Notes: generated by a model not told the origin, from the letters alone. 63,804 nt of DNA, filler included, from Licmophora abbreviata (GCA_900291995.1; 13 parts of 13 records of this genome joined end to end with filler, not necessarily neighbours in it), one strand, 5' to 3'; positions 47,164 through 58,749 are shown, numbered from the whole stretch's first letter. Translations and numbers: made by a program.

Positions 47164-48234
47164 ATGAGGCTACGATATGTCTACCTTATTCCAGCGACGA
47201 CGGGTCTTCCTTTTTGGGCGGTCTGTATTTATTGGCCATTCATGTACCGGTACGAGTAAAATAGAATCCCCAGAGACCACACAAGCAAATTAGAAATGAG
47301 ATTCGAACTCTGCAGGAAATTGAATATTTGCACACCAAGGCACGAGAGCAATACTTACGGACCGCAGGGCTGCACCATCTTTTCTAGCATCTGGCAGCGC
47401 ACCCTTCCGAGCGACTCATTCTGTGCTACCGCAAGGTACGATAGCTGATCGTAGTGTCCCACGTGACTAGCAAGCGTATCTCGATGCTGATTGTAACCCA
47501 CTCGCTACAAGAATAAAATGATCAATGAATGGCGTGAGAAGGAGTGATTCCCCACTTTCAACTTGTAGCTGTACTCGTAGCACACTTACTGCTTGGTCAT
47601 GTCGGCGTGCCCGGTCCCGATATACCGCGCCTTGAGCTGCTCTGCTGAGATTGAAGATCCTCCTGGGTTACTCATTGAGAAAGTCTACCGTCCTCTGTAC
47701 TGTGTGTCGAAGGAATGAAAGATACCGACTTTAGTCTGTACTGGTAGTCTAGGGTGGGTGGGGAGATCGTGTATCTTCAATCTGCTTTTGGTGCGCAAAT
47801 TGAAAATTGGAAATCGCCGCGAGCTCAGAATTCTGATGGCAGCCACGCACTGTGTCGCCTGGCCCTCGCCCGGTGCGGAAACACTCATCGCGATTGACTC
47901 GACNNNNNNNNNNNNNNNNNNNNNNNNNNNNNNNNNNNNNNNNNNNNTTAATTAATTAANNNNNNNNNNNNNNNNNNNNNNNNNNNNNNNNNNNNNNNNN
48001 NNNGGCGCGACAGCTCTCGAATTCAGCACCTCACCTAGACTCGCGAGGTCTGCGGTCAGAGCGCACCATAGAGGTGCAGAACTGATGCATGCTATGTACA
48101 AGGTACAACACACAGTGAGTGAAGCAGGCCGTTCAAGATCTGGCAGTGTGCGGCCTGATAAGAAAACAACGTCCTGGCATCCTCTAGAATATAAACTGCA
48201 GTACGGCGTCTAATCTTTAATAATGTGTTGTCTA

Positions 48235-48998
48235 TCACAAAGTTGCGCCGAGCACGAAGATGCACACTGCAAGCGATACCACGAGAAACCTCTCGAAATG
48301 GGGTACACCACTAGTCGGAGGCTCCGTCACGGGAGCGGTCTCAGTGGGGCTGACTGCGGGAGCTGCCGTCGGAGGATCCACTGGGACTCCGATGTCGTCG
48401 ACGTCTAACTCGCATACGATTTCTCGAAGGTCGCAGCAAGTCCCCTGAAGCTTGCACCCAGGATCATAGGAAGGCGTATTCACCAGCGGATATTGTGCAT
48501 TTTCCCACTGCACGACGCCGAGGCCATTGTACAACGGACCTACGAACCCAGCCCTCTCCAGAATGCCAATCGCCACCCCCGCACGCGATCCCGAATTGCA
48601 GTACACCGCTATTGAGCAGTTTTTGCAGCCGGCAATATCGTCCGGAGTGGCTATCTGGTCAGCCGTGTTGAATCGATTGAGACCCTCGAGAAGTGTCGCA
48701 TTCTCAATGTGGCCTGGAGACGGCAGGGGTAGAGAATAATGAGCAATGTGCCTGTTTGTGCAGTTTGGACACTGGTGGATTAGCAGACCGAGCGCCAGCT
48801 GAATTCTTCCTTACCTACGTCCCATTCGAACTTATTTCGAACGTCGATTAGCGCCTCAAATAGTCCTTCCTGAATGCCCTGGTACAGCTCTTCGGCGGTA
48901 AGCCTTATCTCAGCGGAAAACACCGGCGAGACGGAGGCCAGTAGCAGCAGGAGAAAGCCGGGACTCGCCAGCGACACGAATCTGCAAGTAATCTTCAT
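48235..48998 (-). CDS. Single-domain rhodanese with signal peptide, Pro/Thr stalk and C-terminal hydrophobic anchor
   Basis: Intron 48814..48714 gives LIDVRNKFEWDV-GHIENA. Active loop VYCNSGSRA. Confidence 0.88.
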
Positions 48999-49191
48999 TT
49001 TCCGTCGATCCCGGTCAGGAATCATATACAGCTTCTCACCAAGACTCACTGAGCACACAAGAACAAAGGCAGAAACAGTAAGCGTCAATCCGACATGCTG
49101 TCCCCCATCGAATGGCATCGAAGGAACTCACCGCGGCCCACGAGTACATATTTGTATCACAGCAGGAGCAGATTGAAGATTGATTTGAATT

Positions 49192-49337
49192 ATTCGACTG
49201 ACTCGACTGACTCGTTCGGAAGATCGATGGTTTGAAACGAGTCGTGTGTGACATCATACACGACTCGACGCTTCAATCGACGTTAAGTGTTGATTCATTC
49301 GATTCATTCGTTGTTTTCATTCGTTGATTCGATTCGA
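49192..49337. repeat. Low-complexity GACTC/ATTC short repeats between divergent genes
   Basis: tcgactgactcgactgactcg and ttgattcattcgattcattcg...ttgattcgattcg. Confidence 0.6.
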
Positions 49338-49506
49338 TGATAGCGCCGGCGCGACGCACGCAGTCCAAGCCAAATTTCAAAATTCGCGACAAGCAAGGGG
49401 ATGCCGGCATGATTCATTCATCAGTTCACAATGGCGACCAGTGATGTGGAAACCGGAGCTTTTAAAAAAAGACGTGAGAGCTTAACACTTTTTCTCATAA
49501 AAATCC

Positions 49507-51057
49507 ATGTCACTACCTCCACGGAGTCAATCTGAAATGAAGGCATCCGAAACAGATGAGTTTTGGAAGGATGATGCGCTGCTACAGACTGTGTCGACGA
49601 CGCGAAAGGACCACAGCTTTCGTAGTCGGCGGAATGCCGGCAGTCAGACTTCAAATGAGCTAGACGATTCCAAGAGTATAAAGACTTTCAAAACCATCGC
49701 ATCAGCAAATCTTCCTCTACGAGTTGACGAGAGAAGGGGGCTGCTACTGGTACCGGAACAGAATGCGCGCATCTCGCTAAGATTTGTGCTGCCACCAACT
49801 GCCCACGATGGCAAGTGGAGCGCCAGCTTCGGAGGCTCCTCGGTTGTCCGAGGACCCATCGGATGTGCGACCGGCTGCGTCAATGTAGGCTATCACTTCA
49901 CACGCACTCAGCTGTTTGGTGGGATGAATCTTGGAGACCAGTCGAATGTGTCAATCGGTGGTAGCGCCTCGAGTATTGACAAACGGAAACTCGTATCGCT
50001 CAGGCTCACGTCCAGTCCGAAAGCGCGACTTACATCCCTGCTGGAGGCTAGATACACCAAGACGGACCTTTGGTGTGCCAGTGCAAACCTGTCGGTCTCG
50101 TCGGCATTGCGCTCTACTCTGGGAGTTTCTTTTTCGACGTTGACTCCACACAAGATACATATTGGACTTGGATGGCGGTCCGTGAACCCGTCCTTGCCGA
50201 CGATGCAGCTGAAACTACAGCCCAAGTTATCCCAGCATCAGCATGCAACAATGACGCTTGGAAGGGTTTCCGGAAGGTGGCAGATAGCAGCCGACATCGC
50301 GCAATCCCTTCGGTCCAAGACAACTGCGCTATCGATTGGTGTTTCACATTTTAGACGAAGGCTGCTCTGGACCTTTACATGGCACCGAGGCGACGTTATG
50401 ATCCGGGTGCCTATTCTCATGACCAAAACGACAGGAACACTACTCAATTATGTTGAGATGACCTTCCTTTCTCTATTGTCGGGTGCTCTTCAGGCGGTCC
50501 TGGCTCGTGCTTTCAATATAAACAGCGATAGCCCGGACGCCGATTTGAAGGATGAACTATTACTTTTGAAACAGAGTAAGGGAAGGGCCGACGCAGAACA
50601 CCAAATGCTACTCATGACTCGTCAAGCAAGGAATCGTGTCAAGGCAGAACAAGAGAAGAATGGACTGGTTGTGCGATACGCTGCTTATTATGTGGAGGGA
50701 GGCGACACGTGGGACGTGACGACGCAGCTGCAGTTCTGGACGAGTAACGCTAGCCTGAAGCTGCCAGCTTCATCGAAGGAGCATTTACTGGGATTCTATG
50801 ACGTTACAGCGAGTGCAAATTGTTCGTCACATCAGACACCACCTAGAAGGGGGTGGCAGTGGCTTGCTCAGTTCTGGCGCCCCACTTCGACAGATCTTCC
50901 CCACGTAGAGCCCACTCTCTCGGTGAGGTACGAGTTTGCAGGAAAACTATATGAGGTTGCTTTCCGAGATACTGAGTCGCTGTTGCTTCCTAGCAGCAAA
51001 GCGGTGCCCATCACACAGACTTCAGCAATGAGCAATTCGCCAGTCTCACAGCAGTGA
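49507..51057 (+). CDS. DNAJC11-like protein (beta-rich region plus DUF3395 C-terminus), no J domain visible
   Basis: Motifs GLVVRYAAY, DVTTQLQF, SKEHLLGFYD and LSVRYEFAGKLYEV...LLLP. Confidence 0.78.
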   Translation: MSLPPRSQSEMKASETDEFWKDDALLQTVSTTRKDHSFRSRRNAGSQTSNELDDSKSIKTFKTIASANLPLRVDERRGLLLVPEQNARISLRFVLPPTAHDGKWSASFGGSSVVRGPIGCATGCVNVGYHFTRTQLFGGMNLGDQSNVSIGGSASSIDKRKLVSLRLTSSPKARLTSLLEARYTKTDLWCASANLSVSSALRSTLGVSFSTLTPHKIHIGLGWRSVNPSLPTMQLKLQPKLSQHQHATMTLGRVSGRWQIAADIAQSLRSKTTALSIGVSHFRRRLLWTFTWHRGDVMIRVPILMTKTTGTLLNYVEMTFLSLLSGALQAVLARAFNINSDSPDADLKDELLLLKQSKGRADAEHQMLLMTRQARNRVKAEQEKNGLVVRYAAYYVEGGDTWDVTTQLQFWTSNASLKLPASSKEHLLGFYDVTASANCSSHQTPPRRGWQWLAQFWRPTSTDLPHVEPTLSVRYEFAGKLYEVAFRDTESLLLPSSKAVPITQTSAMSNSPVSQQ

Positions 51058-51150
51058 AAGCAACGCTAGGCTGACGCAAAGCTACACTTATTTTTTTCAG
51101 AAGATGAACGAACTGAAAAGACGACGACCGATCAGGAAACTTTGTCATAG

Positions 51151-51404
51151 CCTTGGACTCTGATCCTCCTATCTCGTCACCAACGAGCGAGTCAGCCACT
51201 GGCACCATTGTCGGAAGCGCCTTGGGAGGACTCGTTGCTGTAGGCTTGTTCGCAGCAGCTTTTCTTTTCTACAAGAACCGTGGTAACCATGCCGCTGCAC
51301 CGGAAGACACCACTATCAGGAAGACGAGTCACGACGAAGAGGTTGACTATGGTATCGAGATAAACCTCGATGGCGTACCCTTTGAACACCATTCCCAGGT
51401 GTAG
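51151..51404 (+). other. Orphan coding fragment resembling the TM and cytoplasmic tail of a type I membrane protein
   Basis: Ser/Pro stalk, then IVGSALGGLVAVGLFAAAFLFY-KNR. Preceded by an acceptor-like tttgtcatag, with no in-frame ATG. Confidence 0.4.
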
Positions 51405-52280
51405 CGGTGCTCACTGCATCGATGCCGCTCAAAAGCACGTCGTCGTCTTCATCTCCTCTTGTGGTCACCAAGAAGATCCGCAAGATTAAGAGTGATGGGA
51501 CTCAGACCATCGTCACGACCGTCACAAAGAAAAATGCAGAATAGACGAAGTTTTCTACTCATTTAAGATCCAATGCCGCTCGCAACTTTCGGGGCAAATT
51601 TTCTTCCATAACATACTGAAAACAAAACACAACGACAGAACAGAAATCACAGCCTTCTTTTCTTTACACCATAATTTGTACTTCCTTCATCTTCGTCGAG
51701 AGTTCTTTACCAGTCTTGATATCGTTTCCCGTCATGCCCAAACGGCACGGTCGGAAGATCGTACTTGTCGATATCACTGGGACATAAACCCAACCATTGA
51801 ATGTCGGAAGTCCTCAGACTGGCACTGTCATATCTCATGCTTTTCGATCTACTCATGTAGATGGAAAGGATATCGAGTACATAGGGCTACAAGTCGATGA
51901 GACCAAGCACTGGGATCTTACGTTCTGACGTGGGACGCGACAGGAAACATTGTGGGAAAAGACAATGCAAGGGTACTTGTCATATAATCGATCTTCCTGT
52001 TACCGGTAGTAACACACAGATACTAGTAGCATGCATTGACTGTCAGTCGCCTCCTTCCAAGTTCCAAAACGGAAGCGACATGCGCATCGGAACTTTGCAG
52101 AACAGGCGACCAAGATCCAGAAGTTCACGACCCAAGACTTTAGAGAGGTACCGGTACAGTACGCGCATAGGATAGATCCTCAAAAGAAATGAAGCACTGC
52201 GTATCAGATCAGAGCCACATTGCGCAGGTAAGGTGGTAGCGTACAGTATTCCGTATTACGGGGCGATCAATCTCCTTCTT

Positions 52281-53398
52281 TTAATTGCGGACACGCCGTT
52301 TTTTGAACTGACCGGGTCGTTGCCGCTGCGTTGCCCAGCCTTGACTCTTGTCGCCTCTCGGCAGGTCTGGCTTTTCTTGCCTTGCCCTTGTAAATACGCC
52401 CGCTGCGTCAGCATCCACCGATGTAAAGAAGTCGCCAAACTCACTGTCGATCCCAGTAGATGGCGATGTCCGATTGTAGCTTTCTTTCATTTCGCCTGCG
52501 AGACCATTGAGCGTTGATCCCTTGAGCCGGCTGGTTCCCGAATCGCTGTCGCTGTCACTAGAAGCAGGACTCTCTTCAGCATCACGACTGCTGTCGCTGT
52601 CGCTGTCACTGCTGGAAGACGAATGATAAGAAGAAACTGACTGCGTGTCGTCCCGCTTCACTGCGCCAGTGATAGGATCCGCGTTGTTGCTGCTGGTATC
52701 ACTGTCAGAAGAGTCAGATATTTGATCGTCAGCGCGAGCCTCCGCCTCCTTTGCTTCTTCCTCCTTTTCCATTTCGCTGACAGCATCCACCATCGCACAC
52801 TGATCTTGGGATAAAGCAAAGCGATTGTCCTGGACAGCGTGGACGGACGAATCGGCGGTGCCGCGGACTTGTCGCTTCGAAAACGTCGACTCTTCGGATG
52901 CAACTGACCAGTCGCTCGGGATTCGTTCGTACTGATCATTTGCAATCCAGTTTACCCTCTGCATCGTCCCACTACTCAGATTTTTCAATATTCTTTGTCG
53001 AGCCATGCTTCGCTTGACTAGATTTCTTCTATTAATATCCTCCATACGAACTCCGTTGCGAAACAAAGTCAAGTACTTGGTGTCATGCGGATAATGCGCG
53101 ACGTAGACCTGATCAAGTGCGATTCGGTACAACTCCTGATCATATCGCTGCTTGTCCTCTGCAGTCACGTCGGGTTGAGATAACAGTTTCCTGGTCCCTC
53201 GTTCCAATCGAGTCAATCGTTGTCGTTCGAGGAACCTCTTGCCGTGCGACTCCTTGGCATTGTGGCGTTCCTTTTCGGAAGCTTGCTTCGCTTGTATCTC
53301 TCGTTTCAATTCAGAGATTTTCGTCTCCAGCTGCTCCTTGCGAAGTTCGAATGATAGTTTCTCTGCAGAGTCATTGCTCGTTTGTTGGTCTGGCTTCA
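52281..53398 (-). CDS. EFG1: rRNA-processing protein EFG1 (5' end in gap)
   Basis: Motifs HGKRFLERQRLTR and DQVYVAHYPHDTKYLTLF, with an acidic Ser-rich tail and DFF. The frame is open to the spacer. Confidence 0.75.
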
Positions 53399-53701
53399 NN
53401 NNNNNNNNNNNNNNNNNNNNNNNNNNNNNNNNNNNNNNNNNNTTAATTAATTAANNNNNNNNNNNNNNNNNNNNNNNNNNNNNNNNNNNNNNNNNNNNAC
53501 CCTTACGCTCATCACTCAATGAAATTTTGTTCCGTCATTTCCATTTCGATCCTCGCTCATATCATTTCAAATTTCGTGGTAATGGTCAGATATGTCTGGC
53601 CTTCATCCGTCATGAAGGCCATTTTTGGCGCGACGGTCCGTACATCACCGCGGCCTGCCGCTATGCATTTTCTTAGTTTGACCATGGCGGCGCGCTGCTG
53701 A

Positions 53702-55205
53702 ATGCCGGCCTCGATTGCTCCACCTTCATCTTGGTCTCGCGTTCCTATGAATCAGTCAGCTCTCCCTCTTTCTCTCAGGATAACCATATTGTCTTTCGCC
53801 GTCTTTCTAAGGTCGTTGGTTGGATTTCAACCACATTCCGGACAAGACAACTACCATGGCAGCCGACAAGCCTACGGCGGCGATTATGAAGCCCAACGAC
53901 ACTGGATGGAGCTTACACTGCACGTTCCAATAGGAGGATGGTACTGGTATGATCTAGAGTACTGGGGACTGGATTATCCGCCTCTGACGGCCTACGTATC
54001 GTATATTTGTGGACTTCTCTCATCGTATCTGGTTGGACCAAACACCATGGAGCTCGATGTGTCCAGGGGGTACGAGGATACTCTCCATAAAGCGTACATG
54101 AGAGCTACAGTGCTTGCCCTAGATCTTCTTGTGTGTATACCAGCGATTTGGGTCGTCGCTCATGCCATGCATGGCGGAGACGACAAGAAGTTTCTCTGGA
54201 CTGTGGTGCTGTCACTCTCGCAGGTAGGTCTACGTCGGGAGTTGCATGGCACATCGTGTGATTATTTTTATCAAGCGGGACCGTTTTTGTTCTTTTTCAG
54301 CCCGAAATCCCACTGATATGTTTGTCCTTACTTTCAAATATACTGTACGTTCTAGCCTGCAATCATCTTGATTGATCATGGGCACTTTCAGTACAACACA
54401 GTGTCGCTTGGTCTTTCGATGTGGGCAGCCCATTACATGACGCAGCCGGCTTTCAGTAACTGCGTAGCTGGATCCGTCTTATTTTGCCTGGCACTCAACT
54501 TCAAACAGATGTCTCTGTATTATGCTCCCTCCGTGTTCTGTTATCTACTGGGACGATGTTGCAGGGGTGTCGGGTCATCGTCGAAGTTTGCTTTTCGTTT
54601 CGGTCTACTGGGGTTGACCGTCGTGGCGACGTTTGCACTACTGTGGTGGCCGTTTCTCATGAGGGGTCCATCCGATCGTACCACCACATATTTGGAGCGA
54701 TTCGCACAGGTGATGCATCGTATCTTTCCCTTCCAGCGTGGCTTGTTCGAAGGAAAAGTGTCGAATCTTTGGTGTGCACTCTCGGTCAAACCGCTCAGTA
54801 TTCGAGAACGAATCGATCCGGACCTGCAACCACTGATTGCGCTGCTAGTGACAATTGTACTCATACTTCCCGCATGCGTCAAAATGTTTCGTGTGGGACA
54901 GTCTTTAGACAAACGTGACGGCGGTAGTATCGACAAACGAATGCTACTTTGGGGCATGACTAGCACGGCACTTGCCTTCTTCTTGGCAAGTTTTCAAGTG
55001 CACGAGAAAAGCAGTCTATTGGCGTTGGCGTCCGTGTGTCTGCTGCTATGGGATGACTTTTGGTTTGTGCAATGGTTTTCGGTCGCAACGACGTGGACAT
55101 TGTGGCCTTTGATTTGCGTCGATCGACTTCAAGTGGTCTATGTGTGTCTTTTGCTCGTGTACATGTCGCTCGTGTGGCTCTGTTCCGAGAACAATCACGC
55201 GACAA
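53702..55205 (+). CDS. ALG6: Dolichyl-P-glucose alpha-1,3-glucosyltransferase (3' end in gap)
   Basis: Motifs GDYEAQRHWMELT, YWGLDYPPLTAY, IDHGHFQYN, RIFPFQRGLFEGKV and FQVHEKS. Intron 54224..54355. Confidence 0.93.
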
Positions 55206-55305
55206 NNNNNNNNNNNNNNNNNNNNNNNNNNNNNNNNNNNNNNNNNNNNTTAATTAATTAANNNNNNNNNNNNNNNNNNNNNNNNNNNNNNNNNNNNNNN
55301 NNNNN

Positions 55306-56508
55306 ATCGCCCGGAGTCTCAAGAAACACTGGGGGTCTCTTCGCAAAGCTTCCAATATTGGCCGTGGAATGTTTGAACGTGGTCAGGGGATGAATACAGC
55401 ATCGACAAGTCTACAGGAAGTACTGGACCGAGTCGACGCTGAGGATGCTGCCTGCGCTGCTGCGGAGCGTGATGATGAACATCCTTCCGACGACCGGCTC
55501 CGAGCCATGCGACACTTTTATCGATACTTGATGACAGTGTGGTTTGCTTGTCCTACCACAGAACTGCAGTTGTCAGAGTTTATTGCGGACGATTCCAATT
55601 CTGACGACGACGACGACGACGACGTTGCACAACTGGACGGAAAGTACACCGAACAAGGAGACTTCTATGGACCACACTGCACGTTACGGGATGGCATGAG
55701 GACAGTAATAGAACCGCTTCTTACAGACCATGTGACAGAGAGGATCATGTGCAGTCAAGAGGTGACGCAGATAACAGATGACAAAGACACCGTCGTACTG
55801 ATGACAAACACTGGTCTACGTATCGAAGCTGAATGTTGTGTTGTGACGGTTGGAATTGGGTGCTTGCAACATGCGATTCGCGACAAGCAGTCCCTGTTTC
55901 AACCCACGCTCTCGATCGACAAACAAGAGGCTATACAATCGTTGCGCATGGGAGGATATAAGAAGGTGCTTCTCACCTTTGATCGTATCTTTTGGCCATC
56001 AAAACAAGTCTTGATTGGGATGATGCTACCTTCCGCAGATGATGAAACAACGCATGTCTCGACATCACCTCTTGGCAACTATCTACTGTTTGACAACTTA
56101 TGGGCTTGTAACGACATACCCTGTGTAGAAGCAATTTTGGTTTGTGCCGCCGTGGAATGGGCGACTGGAAAGGAAGACAGCGTGATTCGAAATGTTGTAC
56201 TAGACTTCATGGCGGTGGCCATGGGAATCTCGAGCGATGACTTAGCCGACTGGTGTGCCGATTGCCACGTGACACGATGGGAAGAGGACCCCTTTAGTCG
56301 AGGTGCATACTCTTCGTATAGGTTAGGTACTCTGGAACGTCACACCGAGGAATTGAGGACTCCCGAATGGGGTCAGAAACTAGTGTTTGCTGGAGAAGCC
56401 ACAGTCCCTCAATACGAGGGATCGGTCCACGCAGCATTGATAAGTGGAAAGGAAGCTGCGCATCGAGTCAAAGAATACATACATCAGAGAGAGGCGACAA
56501 ATTCATAA
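55306..56508 (+). CDS. Flavin-containing amine oxidase (polyamine oxidase/LSD1-like), 5' end in gap
   Basis: Motifs KVLLTFDRIFW, TRWEEDPFSRGAYS, FAGEAT and GSVHAALISG. Confidence 0.85.
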   Translation: MARSLKKHWGSLRKASNIGRGMFERGQGMNTASTSLQEVLDRVDAEDAACAAAERDDEHPSDDRLRAMRHFYRYLMTVWFACPTTELQLSEFIADDSNSDDDDDDDVAQLDGKYTEQGDFYGPHCTLRDGMRTVIEPLLTDHVTERIMCSQEVTQITDDKDTVVLMTNTGLRIEAECCVVTVGIGCLQHAIRDKQSLFQPTLSIDKQEAIQSLRMGGYKKVLLTFDRIFWPSKQVLIGMMLPSADDETTHVSTSPLGNYLLFDNLWACNDIPCVEAILVCAAVEWATGKEDSVIRNVVLDFMAVAMGISSDDLADWCADCHVTRWEEDPFSRGAYSSYRLGTLERHTEELRTPEWGQKLVFAGEATVPQYEGSVHAALISGKEAAHRVKEYIHQREATNS

Positions 56509-56520
56509 AGTGATAGAACG

Positions 56521-57651
56521 CTAGCCATGGTTAGTTCTTAATGACGACTCCGCACTAGAAGGTGCAGTCTTGATGTCGGCACCGCATGTAGGACAGTACT
56601 CGACAGGCCGAGTCTTGAAGATACTTAGGCACTGATTACAAACCCAGGCCATATCAACGCTTTCTCCCGTGTCGAAACTCCTTGCTCGAAAGTCGACCTT
56701 GTTGATGGCGGGAAGGTTGAGATGGGGCCGCGCAGACCGTGGAGATAAGAATACAGATGTGAAGACTTCATTGAGAGCGCCACCCACTTGCGCGGCACCG
56801 GATGGAGCCAAGAAGACGCCACCGGTTCGATCACAGGCTTGTTCTAGAAACGCACTACTCTTGGAATGAGAAGTCGCGCCAGAAGGAATGAAACATCCGT
56901 CGAGGACGACATTGTGCTTGTTTGCTGCAAAGGCGCAGTTCATGAGAGAGTTGTAGTCCTGCGATCGATCTTCAGAGGCTTGAACCAGCAGTACGCGAGG
57001 AGACCAAGCCCTAGCTGTTGTACGACGACTCTTTTTTCGACTCGACGATGAGGCGGACGACATGAGAGACACGACTCCTTCGTCTTCCTTCCACAAGGAA
57101 GACGTGGCATCGGAGGAAGTCAGTGCACTGACGCCCTGGTTGGCCGCTACCAAGAATCGGTTAATCGTACAGAGAGCCAGAGACAAGGCGGCGGTGAGGG
57201 AAGCGTTGGGTTCGGAAGGATTCGGGGCACCATTCGATGAAGCTTGGTCCTTGGCGGCAGCGCGTGTGACTAGTTCGGCAACGCCCAGAACAAGTTGGTG
57301 GTGCAGTTGTCGAACATCAAGCTTTGCATTCGGATCTTGAAAGAAGCGATGCAGCTCATCCTTCCTAGGATAGACAAGTGCGCATTCGTTGGATGCGACA
57401 GCAATGATCATGACGACGCTGTCCTTTTCCAGATTGTGAAAGGTCCCGGCAAGTGATCGCACGGCTACTAGTGTCTCATCGAGCGTCGCTGGACCGACGC
57501 TTCGTTTTCCAGCCGCCAAGCGACTCTTGTCGTTCGCCGATCTTCTCAAATCACGTTCTCCCCATGGCACAGGCGACACATCCACCACAATCACCAGCAG
57601 GGAACGCTCTTCTGAACGGCCGCCGTTTGCAAGGACACCGCTGCCGCTCAT
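56521..57651 (-). CDS. TFB4: TFIIH subunit p34
   Basis: vWA-like LLVIVVDVSP..WG, ALSLALCTINR, MNCAFAA, LEQACDRTGG and VDFRA, with a C-terminal C4 Zn finger. Confidence 0.9.
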   Translation of the reverse strand: MSGSGVLANGGRSEERSLLVIVVDVSPVPWGERDLRRSANDKSRLAAGKRSVGPATLDETLVAVRSLAGTFHNLEKDSVVMIIAVASNECALVYPRKDELHRFFQDPNAKLDVRQLHHQLVLGVAELVTRAAAKDQASSNGAPNPSEPNASLTAALSLALCTINRFLVAANQGVSALTSSDATSSLWKEDEGVVSLMSSASSSSRKKSRRTTARAWSPRVLLVQASEDRSQDYNSLMNCAFAANKHNVVLDGCFIPSGATSHSKSSAFLEQACDRTGGVFLAPSGAAQVGGALNEVFTSVFLSPRSARPHLNLPAINKVDFRARSFDTGESVDMAWVCNQCLSIFKTRPVEYCPTCGADIKTAPSSAESSLRTNHG

Positions 57652-57845
57652 CGTCTCATCGTCGTTCTCTGCGAGACTCAGTTTTGTAATCTCCTGGAAA
57701 TCTAAATTCCCCCCATTTCGGCAGTCCGTACGTCCGTACGTCCCANNNNNNNNNNNNNNNNNNNNNNNNNNNNNNNNNNNNNNNNNNNNTTAATTAATTA
57801 ANNNNNNNNNNNNNNNNNNNNNNNNNNNNNNNNNNNNNNNNNNNN

Positions 57846-58579
57846 CTCCATTCTTTGTGGACGAACGAACGAGGAAGTGGAACGCATCAAGAAGACCTAC
57901 TTCAAACTATACACCAAGGATCTCACGCAACAGGTCGCAAGTGAACTGCACGGTGATATGGAGCGGCTTGTCCTTAACGGCTTGATTGGTGGGGAGGAAG
58001 AGTATGATGCACAGTATCACACGCTGGAAAAGGCCAAACAGGATGCCGAGAAGATCTACAAGAGTGGCCAGGGAAAATGGATCGGAACCGAAGAAAAGGC
58101 CATTTTCAAGATTGTATGTGCAGCTCCGCCTCAGTATATCGAGATGATCAATCAAGAATACTCTGAACTCTACGGATACACGCTGGAGAAGGCATTGGAG
58201 AAGGAACTAGGTACGTTTGGTGATGTACCCAGTCCTTGCTGACCGCATTGTATGGAGGCTCGGCTGACGATCTTTGTACCCCAAACGTGTTTCAGGCGGA
58301 AACGCCATGAAGGGTGTCTTGTTCACTGTTGGGATGAAGCGGAAGCCGTTCGAAACAATGGCCAAGCTGATCAAAAGCTCTTGTGCTGGAATCGGAACGG
58401 ACGAATTGTTGCTCATTTGTTGTGTTGTACGATTTCAAGAGGAGATGAGGTTTGTCATGCCTGCCCATATTGAGCTCTTTAGCAAGACCGTTCACGATCG
58501 TGTGCGTGAAGAGTGCAGGGGAAAGCTCAAGGATGGTCTGCTGGCGGCTCTCAATGCTGTGTGGCCCGAGGAGGGATAA
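57846..58579 (+). CDS. Annexin (5' end in gap)
   Basis: Annexin repeats G.WIGTEE and GIGTDE, plus ELHGD. Intron 58211..58295. Confidence 0.88.
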
Positions 58580-58749
58580 TACACCGTGCCGAGTCGAGTC
58601 GACTGGCGACTGTTAGGGCGGCAGACCCTGTGGGTTTTCGATGTTATAGTGATGTGGCAGTATAAATGCGAATGATTCTATATTTAGGGGCGTGCCTTCA
58701 GCGAACAGTGACACTCGTGTGCAGATGGCATGTCTGCACCGGTAGACTA

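Noticed and set aside
51405..52280. Short ORFs in long intergenic stretches (also 47164-48230 and 1-500)
   Set aside because: No recognisable motifs or consistent splice structure.
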